A stretch of 53,670 nucleotides of DNA, filler included, from Bipalium vagum (GCA_037834085.1; 2 parts of 2 records of this genome joined end to end with filler, not necessarily neighbours in it), one strand, 5' to 3'. Shown: positions 38,596 through 51,754, numbered from the whole stretch's first letter. Notes: a model not told the origin generated them from the letters alone. A program made the numbers and translations.

Positions 38596-39843
38596 TTTGG
38601 TGATCCCGGAAAGATTTTAACCATTGAAATTTTATTGTTTGTTGTTTAAATAATAAGAGCGCCATTTAATTTCTGTGCGAATATTTTGAAAAAATGTAGT
38701 TAAAGCGATAAACTAATGAAATTTAATTAGGTAATTTTACTAAAATATTGATTTTAATTACTTATATGTAGATAAATATGGAAATCACAAAGGAGCATCT
38801 GAGTTGCATAAAGTATTACTTCTTTCGGAATCGAGAAATGACAACTGTCGTAGTTCATTTAATTTGTAATGTTTTTTGGGATTTAGTATCTGAACTAGTA
38901 TCTGATTTAGTATCTTGAACTAGTAGTGCAGTATTGATTTCAGAAATTTCGTTCTGGTAAAAATCGATAAAAGAGGCTACCCGGTCAGTTGGACCCACTG
39001 TCATTGACGAGAATGCTTTGAAGGAGCTGGATTGACATGTCAGGAAATTGCTGAGAAACTTTCAGTTTCCAAAACAACTGCAAATGACCACCTAAGGAGG
39101 ATAAGCTTTGTGAACAAACTGAATTGTTGGATTCCGTCAACAATCCCTAATGTCATTTGATTGACCACATAGAAATCTCCAAATCATTGCTAAAAATGAA
39201 TTAACTTCAGTCAATTTTGAAAAAGATGACAACAGGAGATGAAAAGTAAATCCCAGGTCGTAATGTGAGTAAACCACCATTACCGATATCAAAGGCGAGA
39301 TTACATCCTATAAAGACAATGGTATCATTATCGCGGGATTGGCAAGGTCTCCTCTATTATGACCTACTACTGACCAATGAAACAAGAAATTCATATTAAC
39401 CAACTGAAAAAATTTACAGGCTGCTATTGTAGAAAATCGACCTCATTTAACGATTAGAAAAGTTGTATTTTATCATGACAATGATAGACCCCATATGATG
39501 ATCACCAGGACGAAGTTGAAGGAGTTTAACTGAAAAGTTTTGCAGCATCTTGTATACTCGCCAGAACCTAGCTCTTTAGATTACCATCTGTTTAGATCGT
39601 TACAGAACTCACTCAGGGATCAGAATGTCAGTAATAAAAAAGATGTAAAGTTTCACTTGGAAGAATTTTTAAATTCCAGGAAAAAGAATTTTTGAACATC
39701 CGGAATTTTTTCTCTTCCAAAGAGATGGAAAGAGGTCTTAAATAACAGTGACAGTTATATTTTGTGTTAAACAAATGTATTTTTAAAATTCTGATCTTTT
39801 AAATTTCATTTTAAAAAAATGAAAAACTTTCCGGATCACCAAA
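38596..39843 (+). mobile_element. Full-length (~1.25 kb) decayed mariner element with TIRs
   Basis: TIRs tttggtgatcccggaaag / ctttccggatcaccaaa; motifs MTTGDEK, FYHDNDRPH and YSPEPSSLDYHLFRSL. Confidence 0.92.
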
Positions 39844-40622
39844 TTTTTGTCATTACAAATGCCTTTATTGATTACAACAGGACTTCCGTCAGTGGAAGCG
39901 AATGAAAAAATATTAATTATTAAAAGTAATTTTGAAACATAAATACTATATCAATTTATAATTATTTATACCGAACTCATTAAAAACTAAAACAGAGCTC
40001 CAGGTTAATAAAAGATATTCCACAAATTTTACCTGTCGGCAAAATGATATTGAGCAGTTTTTATGTTTTGATATTAAAACTGTCAACCTCATTAAACATT
40101 AAAAATAAAAAAATGTTTTTAACAAAACGATATCAGTAAACGTGTGCCAAAGAATTGGAATACTTTTATTAACAGCAATAAGCAGGAAGTCCATAAATGG
40201 TTGTTAGTTATTTTTCCTTATCACAAATTGGATCATTCAAACAATTTTAAATCCAAACCGTACGAATTTCAATTCTATTTATTTTAGATTTATTGATTTA
40301 ATTTAATTATAAAATTCAATTAATTGATTATCCCGACGTTAACATTGTATATTGTTGTGTTTGGTATTTAAGTTGAATTATTTATTCATTTTAACTGAAT
40401 TTTATATGTTTATGATAATTATTTTTATTAAATAACCTTTCATTATTATTATTTTTATTACTATTATTTATTATTTTTATTATAACATTTATATAAGTAT
40501 TAATCAAACTATTAGAGATCGTGTGATATCCACCTTATTCCCATTGTCTCTCTCTAACAGATTTCTACTTATTTATTAATTTTGGTAATCATTTAAGGGG
40601 AAAGAAATTCAAAAATGAAGTG

Positions 40623-40723
40623 TGTGAGATATATTGAAAATTAGTCGGGGGATGTAGCTCAGCGGTCAGAGCAGTGAATGCGCATGTGAAGGTCCCGGTA
40701 TCTCCGATTAATTTTCACTAACA
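40623..40723 (+). mobile_element. 101-bp TG...CA element (solo-LTR/TRIM-like) with a tRNA-Ala-derived core
   Basis: 5-bp TSD AAGTG (40618-40622 and 40724-40728); ends TGT...ACA; removing it restores the mariner reading frame. Confidence 0.75.
40648..40705 (+). pseudogene. tRNA-Ala-derived sequence lacking the T-arm/B-box
   Basis: GGGGATGTAGCTCAG.GGT.AGAGC...CGCATGTGAAGGTCCCGG-TATCTCC matches eukaryotic tRNA-Ala ends; the GTTCGA loop is absent. Confidence 0.8.
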
Positions 40724-41499
40724 AAGTGTATTTAAAAATGGAAGTGTCCGATTTCTTTCTCAGTAAGAAAAGAGATTTTTATGAATATGGAATTACTAAA
40801 TTGCAAAACCATTGGGAAAAAGTCGTAGAATATTTAAATAAAATTAATATATCTAAAATTAAAAATTTTAACTTTTGCTTTTTTAAAAAAATCGCCATGA
40901 ACTTATCTGGACTAATAATATTATATTATGAGGTAATATTAAAATTCCATTTTTCTTTAAATAAAAATTGATACCTGTTAGACGCACTAAAATTTACGCG
41001 AGCACCGATTTTTATTCTCTACTAAGAGCTTCACTGTGAGAATCTACAGAGAATTATAGCACCATATGAGAATTTGGTCATATTAAGTAACACAAGGTAC
41101 AATAGATTGCTTTATTATAATAATAATCAAATGGGTGGTTTTTCTATGTTCAGTTTTTCTAAACCAAATATTTATTTCTAATACTAAATTAGAAACAATT
41201 AGGCAACAATGCTGAATAAGACATTACTGGCATTGAGAATACTCTTTTTGCTTTTCAAACTTAGAATGAATGAAGAGCAAATTTATTTGCTTCATATACG
41301 AGTGCAAAAAAGCAAGGTTGTCTTAGGATTCAGTAGAGAACAATCCAATGACAAAAATGGTTGGTTGATATATAAATACTGTGGGATTACTTATTTTCCA
41401 TATATATAAAGCAGTGAACCAATAGAAAAGGAACAGTTCATTTGTTTACTGTTAAAAAATAATTTAAATTCAGCTTATGAAAATGATGTGCTAGATTTG

Positions 41500-42720
41500 A
41501 AAGAATACACATTTTCGATGTATCTTATTTTCGAGTTCGACCGAGAAGTAAATGCTAGAGAACAATAGGACTATGTTGATTTCAAGAGAAAATTTTCTCG
41601 ATTTATGAAAACAATTTCGATGAATATTGCATGAAGACTTGTGAAATTAATTAAAGAAATATTCATGGAGTTGGAAAAGTTTAAAAATTAGAATCATTAG
41701 ACCCTCAATTCCTTAAACCTTCCTTAGACATCAATGTTTGTTTTCTCTTAATTTCCATCAGAATCAATCTTTATTATCAACCAGTATTACCGATGTAGAA
41801 AAATGGTGTGTTCATATTAATTTTAACCAATGGAATGTATGGTTAAACCTGGATGGGCAGAAAGATTTGTAGATAAACCAAAATCTTCAACTGCAGACAA
41901 TAGTGAAAAAGGTTTTTCGATTATGAATTGCTTAAGAAAACTAGACAATCAATTTTAAAGTTGTTACCAGCCGAAATTTAGTTAAAGGCCGAATTCTGGT
42001 ATAAATAACCTAAAAATCCATATAAAGTGATTTTGACATAGATCAATGATACTTTTTTAGTGTAAAACGTAGTCAATGACAAACTTGATAAAAGGATATT
42101 TTCCCGATCCAGATCAAAAAATTATCATCTCTTCGATCTCTATCGAATAGCATGTTCACTGGTTACTCACAACCAATGTGGGTGAAATTTTATAAATTGA
42201 TAATATTTCGGTATGAAGTTAAATGACTGTGGATGTAAAATAAAGTCGTTCTCTTGGTCTATTTCACCACCATACTCTGCACTTTCCAACCCTCTAACTT
42301 AGCATACAGAAATGAAATTATTTACGTCTATCAAAAAAATCATAAGGAGAGATTTTTTGTACAATAAGTAACCACATATCTCTACGTTAATTCTATCTCT
42401 GATCTATGATATTTCTCAACCTATTTTGTGCGTGATTTCTTTTGAACTAAGGCCTTTGTATATTCATCATTGATATTCGATGATAATTCTATACGATTTG
42501 AGTCTTGATCAGACTTTTTGGCTCGTGTGAATAGTTGCAAATTTTTTCTATAGACTGCATTTACTTCACTTTTTGGTTTGGGTCAAACTTTCTCTTTTCG
42601 AAAAAAAAATAATACAACGTCCTAAAATTAAGTTAGCCTTTTAATTCAAATTTGATTCAAACACAATGTTAAAACAACGTTACGTTATAAAAAATGAACT
42701 TTCTGCTCAACTGAGTATGG
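41500..42720. mobile_element. Highly decayed mariner relics (plus-strand copy, then minus-strand copy)
   Basis: ITDVEKWCVH on plus and a DYHLFRS-like segment; a weak second relic on minus. Confidence 0.5.
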
Positions 42721-43094
42721 TAAACTTTAACAGTTAAAGATTAAGTCGGTGTAAAGTTGAATACAAAAAACCTAAGCCCGAAAAATCTCAGAATTTTAAA
42801 ACCTAAAAAATTAGAATGTCTGTCGAGATCACAAAGTTTTCAAAGGTAAAATAAAAAGTAATTATTGTTGTCTTTTTAATGTATTTGATCTTAACACTCC
42901 CCTTTATTCCAAAAAAAAGTTGAATAAATTACCATAGATAATTTATTTTAAGGAAGATCTTCTGTTAATAACCCAACCTTTATTTATTTTATTTTATATT
43001 TATTGCATGTACTTTTTAATTACTAAATGAAGATATGACGAGTATTAAAAATAATTGAAAGGTTTCATTGAGTGAGGTAACAAGTTAATTTCAG

Positions 43095-43267
43095 AAAGCG
43101 AAATATGCCGACATTTCAGAAGATGGAAGAGTAATATCGAAAGATACTTCGGGATCTTCAGAAGAAGAATCGAACATAATATCATCCAGAGATTTGGCAT
43201 TTATTGAACATTCCCCAGACTTTTGTGAATTGGACCCCACGACTGGTTCATTTGGCACACATGGCAG
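43095..43267 (+). CDS. wnt: Wnt-family ligand, penultimate coding exon
   Basis: tttcAG acceptor and AG|GTAAAT donor; translates KAKYADISEDGRVISKDTSGSSEEESNIISSRDLAFIEHSPDFCELDPTTGSFGTHG(R), matching the Wnt DLxYxExSPxFC...GSxGTxGRxC motif. Confidence 0.93.
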
Positions 43268-43314
43268 GTAAATATATAAATTGAGCATCATATATATTAA
43301 TGAACTTGATCAAG

Positions 43315-43498
43315 GAAATGCAGACTAGAAAACGTCACGATGACCGCCACGGATCACTGCACAAATATGTGCTGTGGCAGAGGTTATCGAGTAGTCCTGG
43401 AACAAAAGACCACAAAATGTAATTGCAGAATTGATGACAAATTCCAAATTCAGTGCGACGACTGCTTCTTCATTGCAAAAATTTACTATTGTCTCTGA
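43315..43498 (+). CDS. wnt: Wnt-family ligand, last coding exon
   Basis: After a 47-nt phase-2 intron: (R)KCRLENVTMTATDHCTNMCCGRGYRVVLEQKTTKCNCRIDDKFQIQCDDCFFIAKIYYCL*. Has Wnt CCGRGY and terminal Cys spacing; AATAAA at ~43637 and ~43671. Confidence 0.95.
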
Positions 43499-43851
43499 CT
43501 TTCCCACAGATGGATTTCAAATATTAAGACCAGCTATTTTTATTAGGGTCGAGAAACATGGGCTCTTTACTACATGATCTTCTGACAAATTTATTTATGT
43601 TTATATAAACAATGATAGCGGTGATGGCATTCCAACAATAAATGATAAACAATTAATAATTTAATTAATTAATAAATAACAATTAATTTAATTTTCCCGT
43701 TCATAATTGTAATTATTATTAATGTTATTATGATTATTATTATTATTATTATTACTTTTAAGAAAGATTCATAATTTATTTTTAAAAAATGAATACTATA
43801 ATGAGGGAGTATAAAAAAATAATTTGAGATGAAAGGTTCTTGAAAAGATCT

Positions 43852-44190
43852 TTGATTTTCATAAAATATCGATTATTTTATCGTGTCTGTGAACGGTAAA
43901 CAGTATCAGAAACTGATCTTCAAAATCATTGATCTGTACTGTCAACAAGATCTGTAATTTGATATTGACCTACTGGATGTATAATGAGTGCTGTGTAGCC
44001 GTACGACGTTCGATGTCAGTTCTGACCCTTCGCATTCACACATTTGTCATTACGTATTCCGTAAAGTTGATCATTGTCTTAAGTTCTTTTTGTACAATTT
44101 TTCCAACAATAATTATTATTTATTTCGTAATTTGAATCATGAAGTGAATATTGATTTTCACAAAATATCGATTATTTTAGTGTCTGTGAA
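43852..44190. repeat. ~40-bp imperfect direct repeats flanking a GC-richer TG...CA segment
   Basis: 43852-43893 vs 44151-44190 differ by one substitution and a 2-bp indel; the segment tgtgaa (43888) ... ttcaca (44162) lies between them. Confidence 0.75.
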
Positions 44191-47100
44191 ACAAGGATAA
44201 GAGGCGCATATTCTTATCATGTTAGATGTTTTAGACAAAAAGCACCAATCATTCTGAATGGCATGAATTATTTTTAATTTAATTAACGTTTTATAATGTG
44301 AAATAGATTTCATTTTTATTAGTACAAAATCGAAAAATTGGAATGCCATTACATATAGTAATACTTGCAAATATATAAATACTTGTAAAATATTAAACTT
44401 TTTAGAGGTCTTTTGACTTGTCTGTGAAATAGAAAGCATTAAAAAATAATGATCATTGATTACAGTTCCCCAAGACTTAAAAGAAAAATAAAAAGAATCG
44501 TTCTTAAAATTCTCAGGGACCTTTTAAAATTATCATGTCCAAAGATGTATGCCTATATGAAAACTATTGAATATCAAAAATCAAAAACATAACCACAAAG
44601 ATGATTAAATTAATTAATCAATAATCCTTTTGAACAAATATTCAATAATAAACTTAAGAGTAATATTAGTAATAATATAATATAAATCAAAATAATTACT
44701 TAAAATAAAATTTTTTTAAAAATTCATTAAATTTTTAAAATTTTTTCATAATTATTAAATTTATTTAACAAACATTTCGAGAGAAAATATCTGATGGAAT
44801 CGGTGTTGTAGAGATTTCTTTTAAAATTGGTGGTCGTTCTTGTGTAGAATGTTAAGGACAAAGGCCATCGTCAAGTTACACCTGCGGGTAATTGATTGAC
44901 CACGCATGTTATTAATGAGAAAGATTTATCGAAAATTAAATCGGGTTGATATGATGAATTTTAAATATAAAGGTTGGTCAAGTTGCATATAACATTTCAT
45001 AATATTATTTTTATGTAATGTACATTATCAGTGTTTCATATAATGTTAAAATATTTTTCTTCGTGATTAATGATGCCATTTTGTTTTTATAAACTAGTTT
45101 AAGTGTCCAGATTTCGGTTGGTTCACCCTTGATTCAAATGTCGGTTAAAGTTAGAAATGTGGGAATGTTAAATTGAAATATTTTTAAACTGAAACATATA
45201 ATCAGTTATTATTAATTGAAAAAAGAATAAAATGTGACCAATCAACTGTTTAAGAAGATAAAAATTATTTTTAATCATGAAAAAATAATCAAATTTTAAA
45301 TCATTCAATGTTCAAATTAACTTTTATATCATATACAAAAAATGAAAATGAAAATTATGTAAAAAAATATCATGATGCAAATCCTTTATATTCTAGTTAT
45401 AGGACAAAATCATTAAATATGAAAAATCAAATGAAAAAATATTTTCATGTGTTTTAGTGTTTTAGGATATATTCCACAGTAACATATTTTCCAAAAATAA
45501 AATAAAAATATTTTCCATGATGTTATAAAAAAATTTTATTTTAAAATTTTCTATTTGATCAATTAAAGGATTAGAATATACAATTTTTTATTGTTTTAAG
45601 GTTTAGGTTCTATGTTAACTTGTATCTTCATTTTAACACTATTAATGAAGTTCTTATCACAGAGATTCCACTTAGATTCAAATGATGCATGATTCTTAAC
45701 TTTAATTAATTGGTAACAATTATCGCTGTCTTCTATTCTTGTTGGTCTAACAGTAAACATCCTGCTCTTTATATAATATTTTGATATGGTTCTTCAATAT
45801 GAGGATTGCTCTTGAAATATCTTGATAATTCTTAAAATTCCATTTTATTTTCCTTAACTTATTATTAACAACCCTTATTGTTTTTGAAAAACCTTTTAGT
45901 AAAACTAAATTATCTTAAAAACATCTACTTTTTTTGGGTAATTCTTAAAGTGGCCTTTGCTCTTATTATTTCTATTATTCTTTATTATTATTATCATAAG
46001 TATTAATTATGAATTTTTATAAAACTACCACTACTACTAATTATTATTATTATTGATTATTATTTGAATATTTTCTAGCGGTCACCATAATAAACCCTAC
46101 TCGGATGATGTCTTGAATAAGCCCAACAAAATTAATATTGAAAACCCAATTGTTCTTCATTTAATATTTTAGTTATATATAAAAATAAAGTCAAATTTAT
46201 AAATTATTATGAATATAATTATAATTAATAAAATTATAACAAATAAATATGAAAAAAATAAAAATTGAGAAATTAAATATTATAACCAATAAAAAGAAAA
46301 ACCAAAAAAGCGAAATCATTGAAAAAGTGTTGATCATTTATTTGAAATTTTATTCAATATTAATATTTTTCTTTGAAATTTAGCCGAGAAATTTGATGAT
46401 GGTTTTATTGATAAACGTATTAAAACCGAATATTAATTTAATTTAATAATTCAAAAATGTTCCAAAAAAATTTATTTCACCAATTTTTAAAACAAATGGA
46501 TTATTAAAAAATGAATTTTTCATTATGAAATTTTAAAAGTCAAATAATGTTAAATTAAAGAAAGGAGTTCTATTTCTAAATGAAGTTCTATTAAGATTTC
46601 TGATTCTTCTGTCATGGAAAAATAGTTTTGAGTAGTAACATTGCTGTTCCTAATCACCAACCTTATTATTATCACCATATCACTGGTGTGATACTTTTTT
46701 TAAAACAAAACCGTTTCTGTTTCTTAAAAATTTAATTAACATTAATAATAAAATTAAAATATAATAGAAGTAATAATATTAAGAACAACAGTAATAATAA
46801 TACCATTATTATAATAAAAACTTGGTATGAAATCATAATTGTGTAATAATATGACTATTTCAGATAATATTTTCATAGATGTATCCATTACTAACTTCGA
46901 ACTCTCACCTTCTCTTTATTTAGAAAACATTATAACATTCCCATACATGGTATGATTTATCCAAAACAAATTCGAAGAAAGAAATCCTTAGATATTTTGC
47001 ATAATTTTCTTTTTTTTCGAACTTTTCTTGAATAACTTATTTACTTACTTAATAATTACCCATAACTATGGCTCAAGCTCTAGGTATTACCCCGATCTTC

Positions 47101-48099
47101 ACATTTAACAGATTTCATTCTTTGCATATTTATTTCTATTTTGTATTCCAAAAACAAATGAAAGCGCTTCTCATAACAAGCCTAAGTTTCCGCTGATTTT
47201 TATATATTAAAAAATTATTTATCATATATATCGATATTATATCAATATTAATAGATATATTGATCAGCATTGATTAAATAATCAATTTAAATAAAAATAT
47301 ACCTGTTTTCATGAATATTTATTATATGTAATGAATAATAGAGAATTTTTAAAAACGAAATTAAATTGATACATTAACAAAAAATTAATAAAATCTAAAA
47401 TTATATTTTCATAATCACTTAACTAGGATTTTTAAGTTCTTATACAGTCAACCCCCTCAAATTTTCACCCCCTTATTTTTAGCACTCACTAAATAAAAAT
47501 TCAGATCTCATTCTATATAGCTGCAGAATTTGGATTTTGTTTTAAATGAGTAATTTAATCTCCAAGTAATATTATTGTTTAGCATTACTATTGTAACTAT
47601 ATGGGATGATTAATTAAATTTAACGAAAGTGGTAGTTATTAAGGTCACTGCGTCCGATAAAAGTTCCGCTAATTAAAAAATCAATTTATAAACATGGATT
47701 TTAAAAAAGTGTTTAATGTAAGAAATATTAAATTAACCTTGACAAAGACCTGCAGTGATTTCGAAATTCAACAAAAGAATCAATAAATTAGACGCACACC
47801 ACCTAAAATATACCATTTTATATATTCCAAAAAATAGTGTTTTTTCACCGATTATTTTAATATAAATTGATCCGTATTAGTCTTACTTCTATTTATTATG
47901 AAGATTTTTAATTAGAAAATGGATTGTGTGATTTTATTATTAATATATTGTGTAATCACAATGCCTACCTCTGATAATGATCCATGATTTCATGAAATTC
48001 TTTATACCTTGTCTACAGTCAAGACTATTTATCACTCTACAAATCATTTGCTGCTAACTGTTATTGAAGAGTAAGAAAGTCAAAATGTTTTTCTTTATT

Positions 48100-48850
48100 C
48101 ATTGTTTTTTTTATATAAAAGAAATTGGATCATCTTCTTTTGGACCATCGTTGTCAAAAAACAAAGATGACATACCTTGATGATAAAAAAATGACACTAA
48201 CAATTTTTTTTCATAAACGTAGGTGTTTAATAAATAAGAAAATCATTGTGAATTCTTCTTTTGGAGCACAGACACCCTTCATCTTGATTATTTAATTCTT
48301 TAGTTGTCCCATATGGATTTTATTCTCTGTGTATAATAATTAAAAGTTCATCTAATTATTTACTAGATGATGATTTAATCGATGTGAATAATTTTTGTCT
48401 CTTGCTAATTGGAAGTATGCTTGCCCTTTGCTCAATCATTATAATTGAACCATGCTGAACTTCATCACTGAGTCTTTCTGTTCCACCTTGGAAATAAATT
48501 ATTGACCTTTTAACTTTTTCTGAAGGCACTTGAATGCGTAGAAATCTGACGGGTCAAATCTGTACTATATGGTGGATATTGGAGATTTTAAAATCAGCAA
48601 TTAGCAATGTTTGACATTCAAGTGCAGTTGTTGCAGCTTCTCTTGGCTCATTTGTTTATCATTGCTGCGGCTACTTTAGGCTCATCGACAAACACTGAAT
48701 TGTTTGTGTTTTAAGTTATAATGGGCTGTATTAGGGTAATCAGTGACTTTATTGTTGATCAAAACACATCTAAAGGAACCAACAAATCAAATATTATGGT
48801 TTTTAAGTGGTTTAATATATTCCGTTATTTAAGAAGTTTATAATTAGAAG
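48100..48850 (-). mobile_element. Decayed mariner-like relic
   Basis: Weak WFNYND..KGKH and catalytic-region relics on the minus strand. Confidence 0.4.
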
Positions 48851-51749
48851 TAGAAAATTATGACAAGTTAGGTAAAACCGATGACAGAGTGTAAATTGTT
48901 GAAATTGTAATTACTAAAAACATATATAACAGGGGAAGAACTGTTGACCAACTGTGTCTATTTGGTGCACAGGAGCCCTAACAATAGAACAGCAGCGATA
49001 TTATGGTCTCTAATTAGGAATTTATACACAAGGAAACCAATGTCACAGGTGATTGTTAATTCTCAAACGAGCCCATTTTATAGAAAACCGATGATTATAA
49101 ACATTTAATTAATATTTACGTTAATTTCGAAAAGTGATACATATTGATTGAAGTAACTCATTTTGAAAAGGTGATGCTTATTACGATTTACCAAAATTCA
49201 TTTATATTTAAATTTTACATCTCATGTAATTGAAAAACACTTTATTATTAATCAATAATATCAAATGGTGAATAAAGACAGAAAATCGATATTTTTACTT
49301 TGCATTTAATAAAATAAATTTTTAATTGTGCTTCTTTCTTAAATATATTTACAATTTAACCAAAAGTAACGTTAACAGTTCCAATGAAAATCTATTTGCA
49401 ACACTTTATTTTAAAACTTGTTTTATTAGAGTATTTTGTAATTTAATTTATAATATTAAATTAATTAAATTTAAAAAGAATTTATACAATACTATTTATA
49501 TATTTTTCATTTATATATTATTATGAAGGTATCCGTTCCAAATGTGTAACGAATTGACTTTTCCAGAAAAACTATTTTTAAAAACAGTTATATTTATTTT
49601 TTATTGTTATATTGTTCATTCCGAACCATGTTCAAAAAACCAACCATTTTTTATGAGAGATGACAATTCCTGTGCCAGTTTCAATGAAATTTGTATTAAA
49701 TCAGGTAAGCATGTTTGGAATTTTTAATTAGACAGCTTGAATCGATTGTTCCCGTATTGTTCTCAAGAAATTCATGTTGTTGCATAATATTTTCTTGAAG
49801 AAAAATGATGATCTTTTGGAGAAACTTTTCAAAGATCATCGTAGAACTCAATTCTTAAAATGAATGGTTGCAAAATAAATTAGTCTGTCATGGATTAAAG
49901 TCTATTGTTATTGTTTTGTAAATTAAAAGAAATAGAGTCAAATAATTCTCAGATTTATTATGATAATACTTAATATTTCCTCAATTATTATTTTTTGAAT
50001 TTTTCCATTTTGAATTACTTACCCTAAAAATGATCGATCAGTTTCGATTAGGATAATATAAAATTATTTTTTTGAAAACTCCACCAGATCTTCCTTGTTT
50101 TAATCTCTTAAAGTTGTATTACGATTACCGAGGTGTTTATAGAAATTATTATTTTTTATTATAAAGTGGAAGCAAATTAACGTGTTAACAAGATACGGAA
50201 TCCATTTATCCGAAAAGTATCGATATCTTGATTATCTCTTTCTATTGATTTTATCGAATCATAATTTATGAATAAAGTCCATACCGCTGTCATTTTATCC
50301 TCATGGAAAATATATAATCTACTAAAAAGCATTAATATTAATGTATTAATCGTGACTGATGATTTCATTATTTCTAATGTCATTCTTACACTATTTATTG
50401 GCAGCCAATCAAAATGCAGCAAATTCCATTTCTAATATTTCCAAAATAGACAAATATAAGCATCCATTCACGTTTGAGTTAAATTAAACTTGTTTTTATT
50501 TCACAGACAATGCACAGTGCAAAGCGATATTGAGCGCGTGTGAACGTAAGCTATGTGGTGACCATTTTTTTTTAAATTTTCAATATGCTTTGCAGAATGT
50601 CCAATTTCTACCAACCTCACTACCACAAGTAACGATTTCGTTGCCATGAGGTTTATTTAAACATTGTTTTCCAGTGCTGAACGACCTCATGAGATTCAAT
50701 ACAGGTTGTTTTGTGTTTATTTCGTTTACAGTTTGAACATCTTTGATTATTTATTTTGTGTTTTTGGAAATATTGACTTGTAATTAACAATGAGCTGGTT
50801 CAGATTTACTTATAACTACCTTAATGAAAGGATAATAAGGGTAACGAGTGTCATATTTTTCAGATCTGTTTAGGTTGATAGATAACCGCTGACAGGGAAT
50901 CGACTTTAAGGATTTGTTTTAAAGTACATTAATCAAATTTCAATAAAATTCTCTGGGTCAGGAATACTTAACTTTATAAAATTTTAATGATCTTGAAAAG
51001 TTTTCGAAGTGGTCTTTAGACTTATTTTCTAAGACAAGTGTTCAAATAAAATAAAGGAAGGATGATAATTTTCATTACCAAATATTGAGCTTTAAATGAT
51101 AAAGAATAAATTGTTAATTAATTTGTCTATTTATTTTTATCTTATTGGAAGAAACATTTGAGGGAAGCACCAATCGCTGTTAAAGAAGGCTTAAATATGA
51201 ACATATGGGTTTTCATAATAACAGTAATAATTATGGCCTTAATTATATGAATATGATCTAATGATAATAATAATATTAATATTAATAATAAATAGACTCC
51301 ATCTTTTTATTAAAAATTGGTTAAGTACGCTTTCAGTATTATTTTATTTATTAATAATTATTAAATTAATTATTTGTGAGCAAATACTTTGAATAAATTC
51401 TCATCGATATAATTCCAAGAAGTGAAACTGTAATTTTTACACGGATAAATAAGCAAAGAATCGGCTTCAATTTTTGAAGAAATGAAATCGTGAAGGGTGG
51501 ATAATTTCCTTCTAAAGCAAATAAATTGATATTGTCAATTATTTAAAATTTAGGTTTTTATCATTTAAAACATGTTCTTATTTTTCTTGTTCAATAATAT
51601 TTAACATTTTTTTAAAAGAAAATTAATTCTGCTTCAAATTTTTAAAAAAAATTTTTGCATTTAAAAAAATTTTTAACTGATTTTATTGAAAAATTTTATT
51701 ACATAAAAAAAACTTTCTCCAAGAAAATTATCATTATTTATTATTATTG

Positions 51750-51754
<5 letters not shown>

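Larger units (their letters stand above)
40515..40918 (+). mobile_element. 3' fragment of a mariner element, interrupted by a tRNA-derived insertion
   Basis: PPYS..LSLTDFYLF..HLRGKKFKNEV|YLKMEVSDFF..GITKLQNHWEKVV; TIR-like acttatctggactaataa. Confidence 0.85.

Noticed and set aside
39871-39925. Possible upstream Wnt exon (LPSVEANEKIL)
   Set aside because: No Wnt consensus match and phase incompatible with the exon at 43095.
40648-40705. Functional tRNA-Ala gene
   Set aside because: T-arm missing and anticodon stem disrupted.
43091-43507. Minus-strand ORFs of 66 and 60 aa
   Set aside because: Antisense to the Wnt exons.
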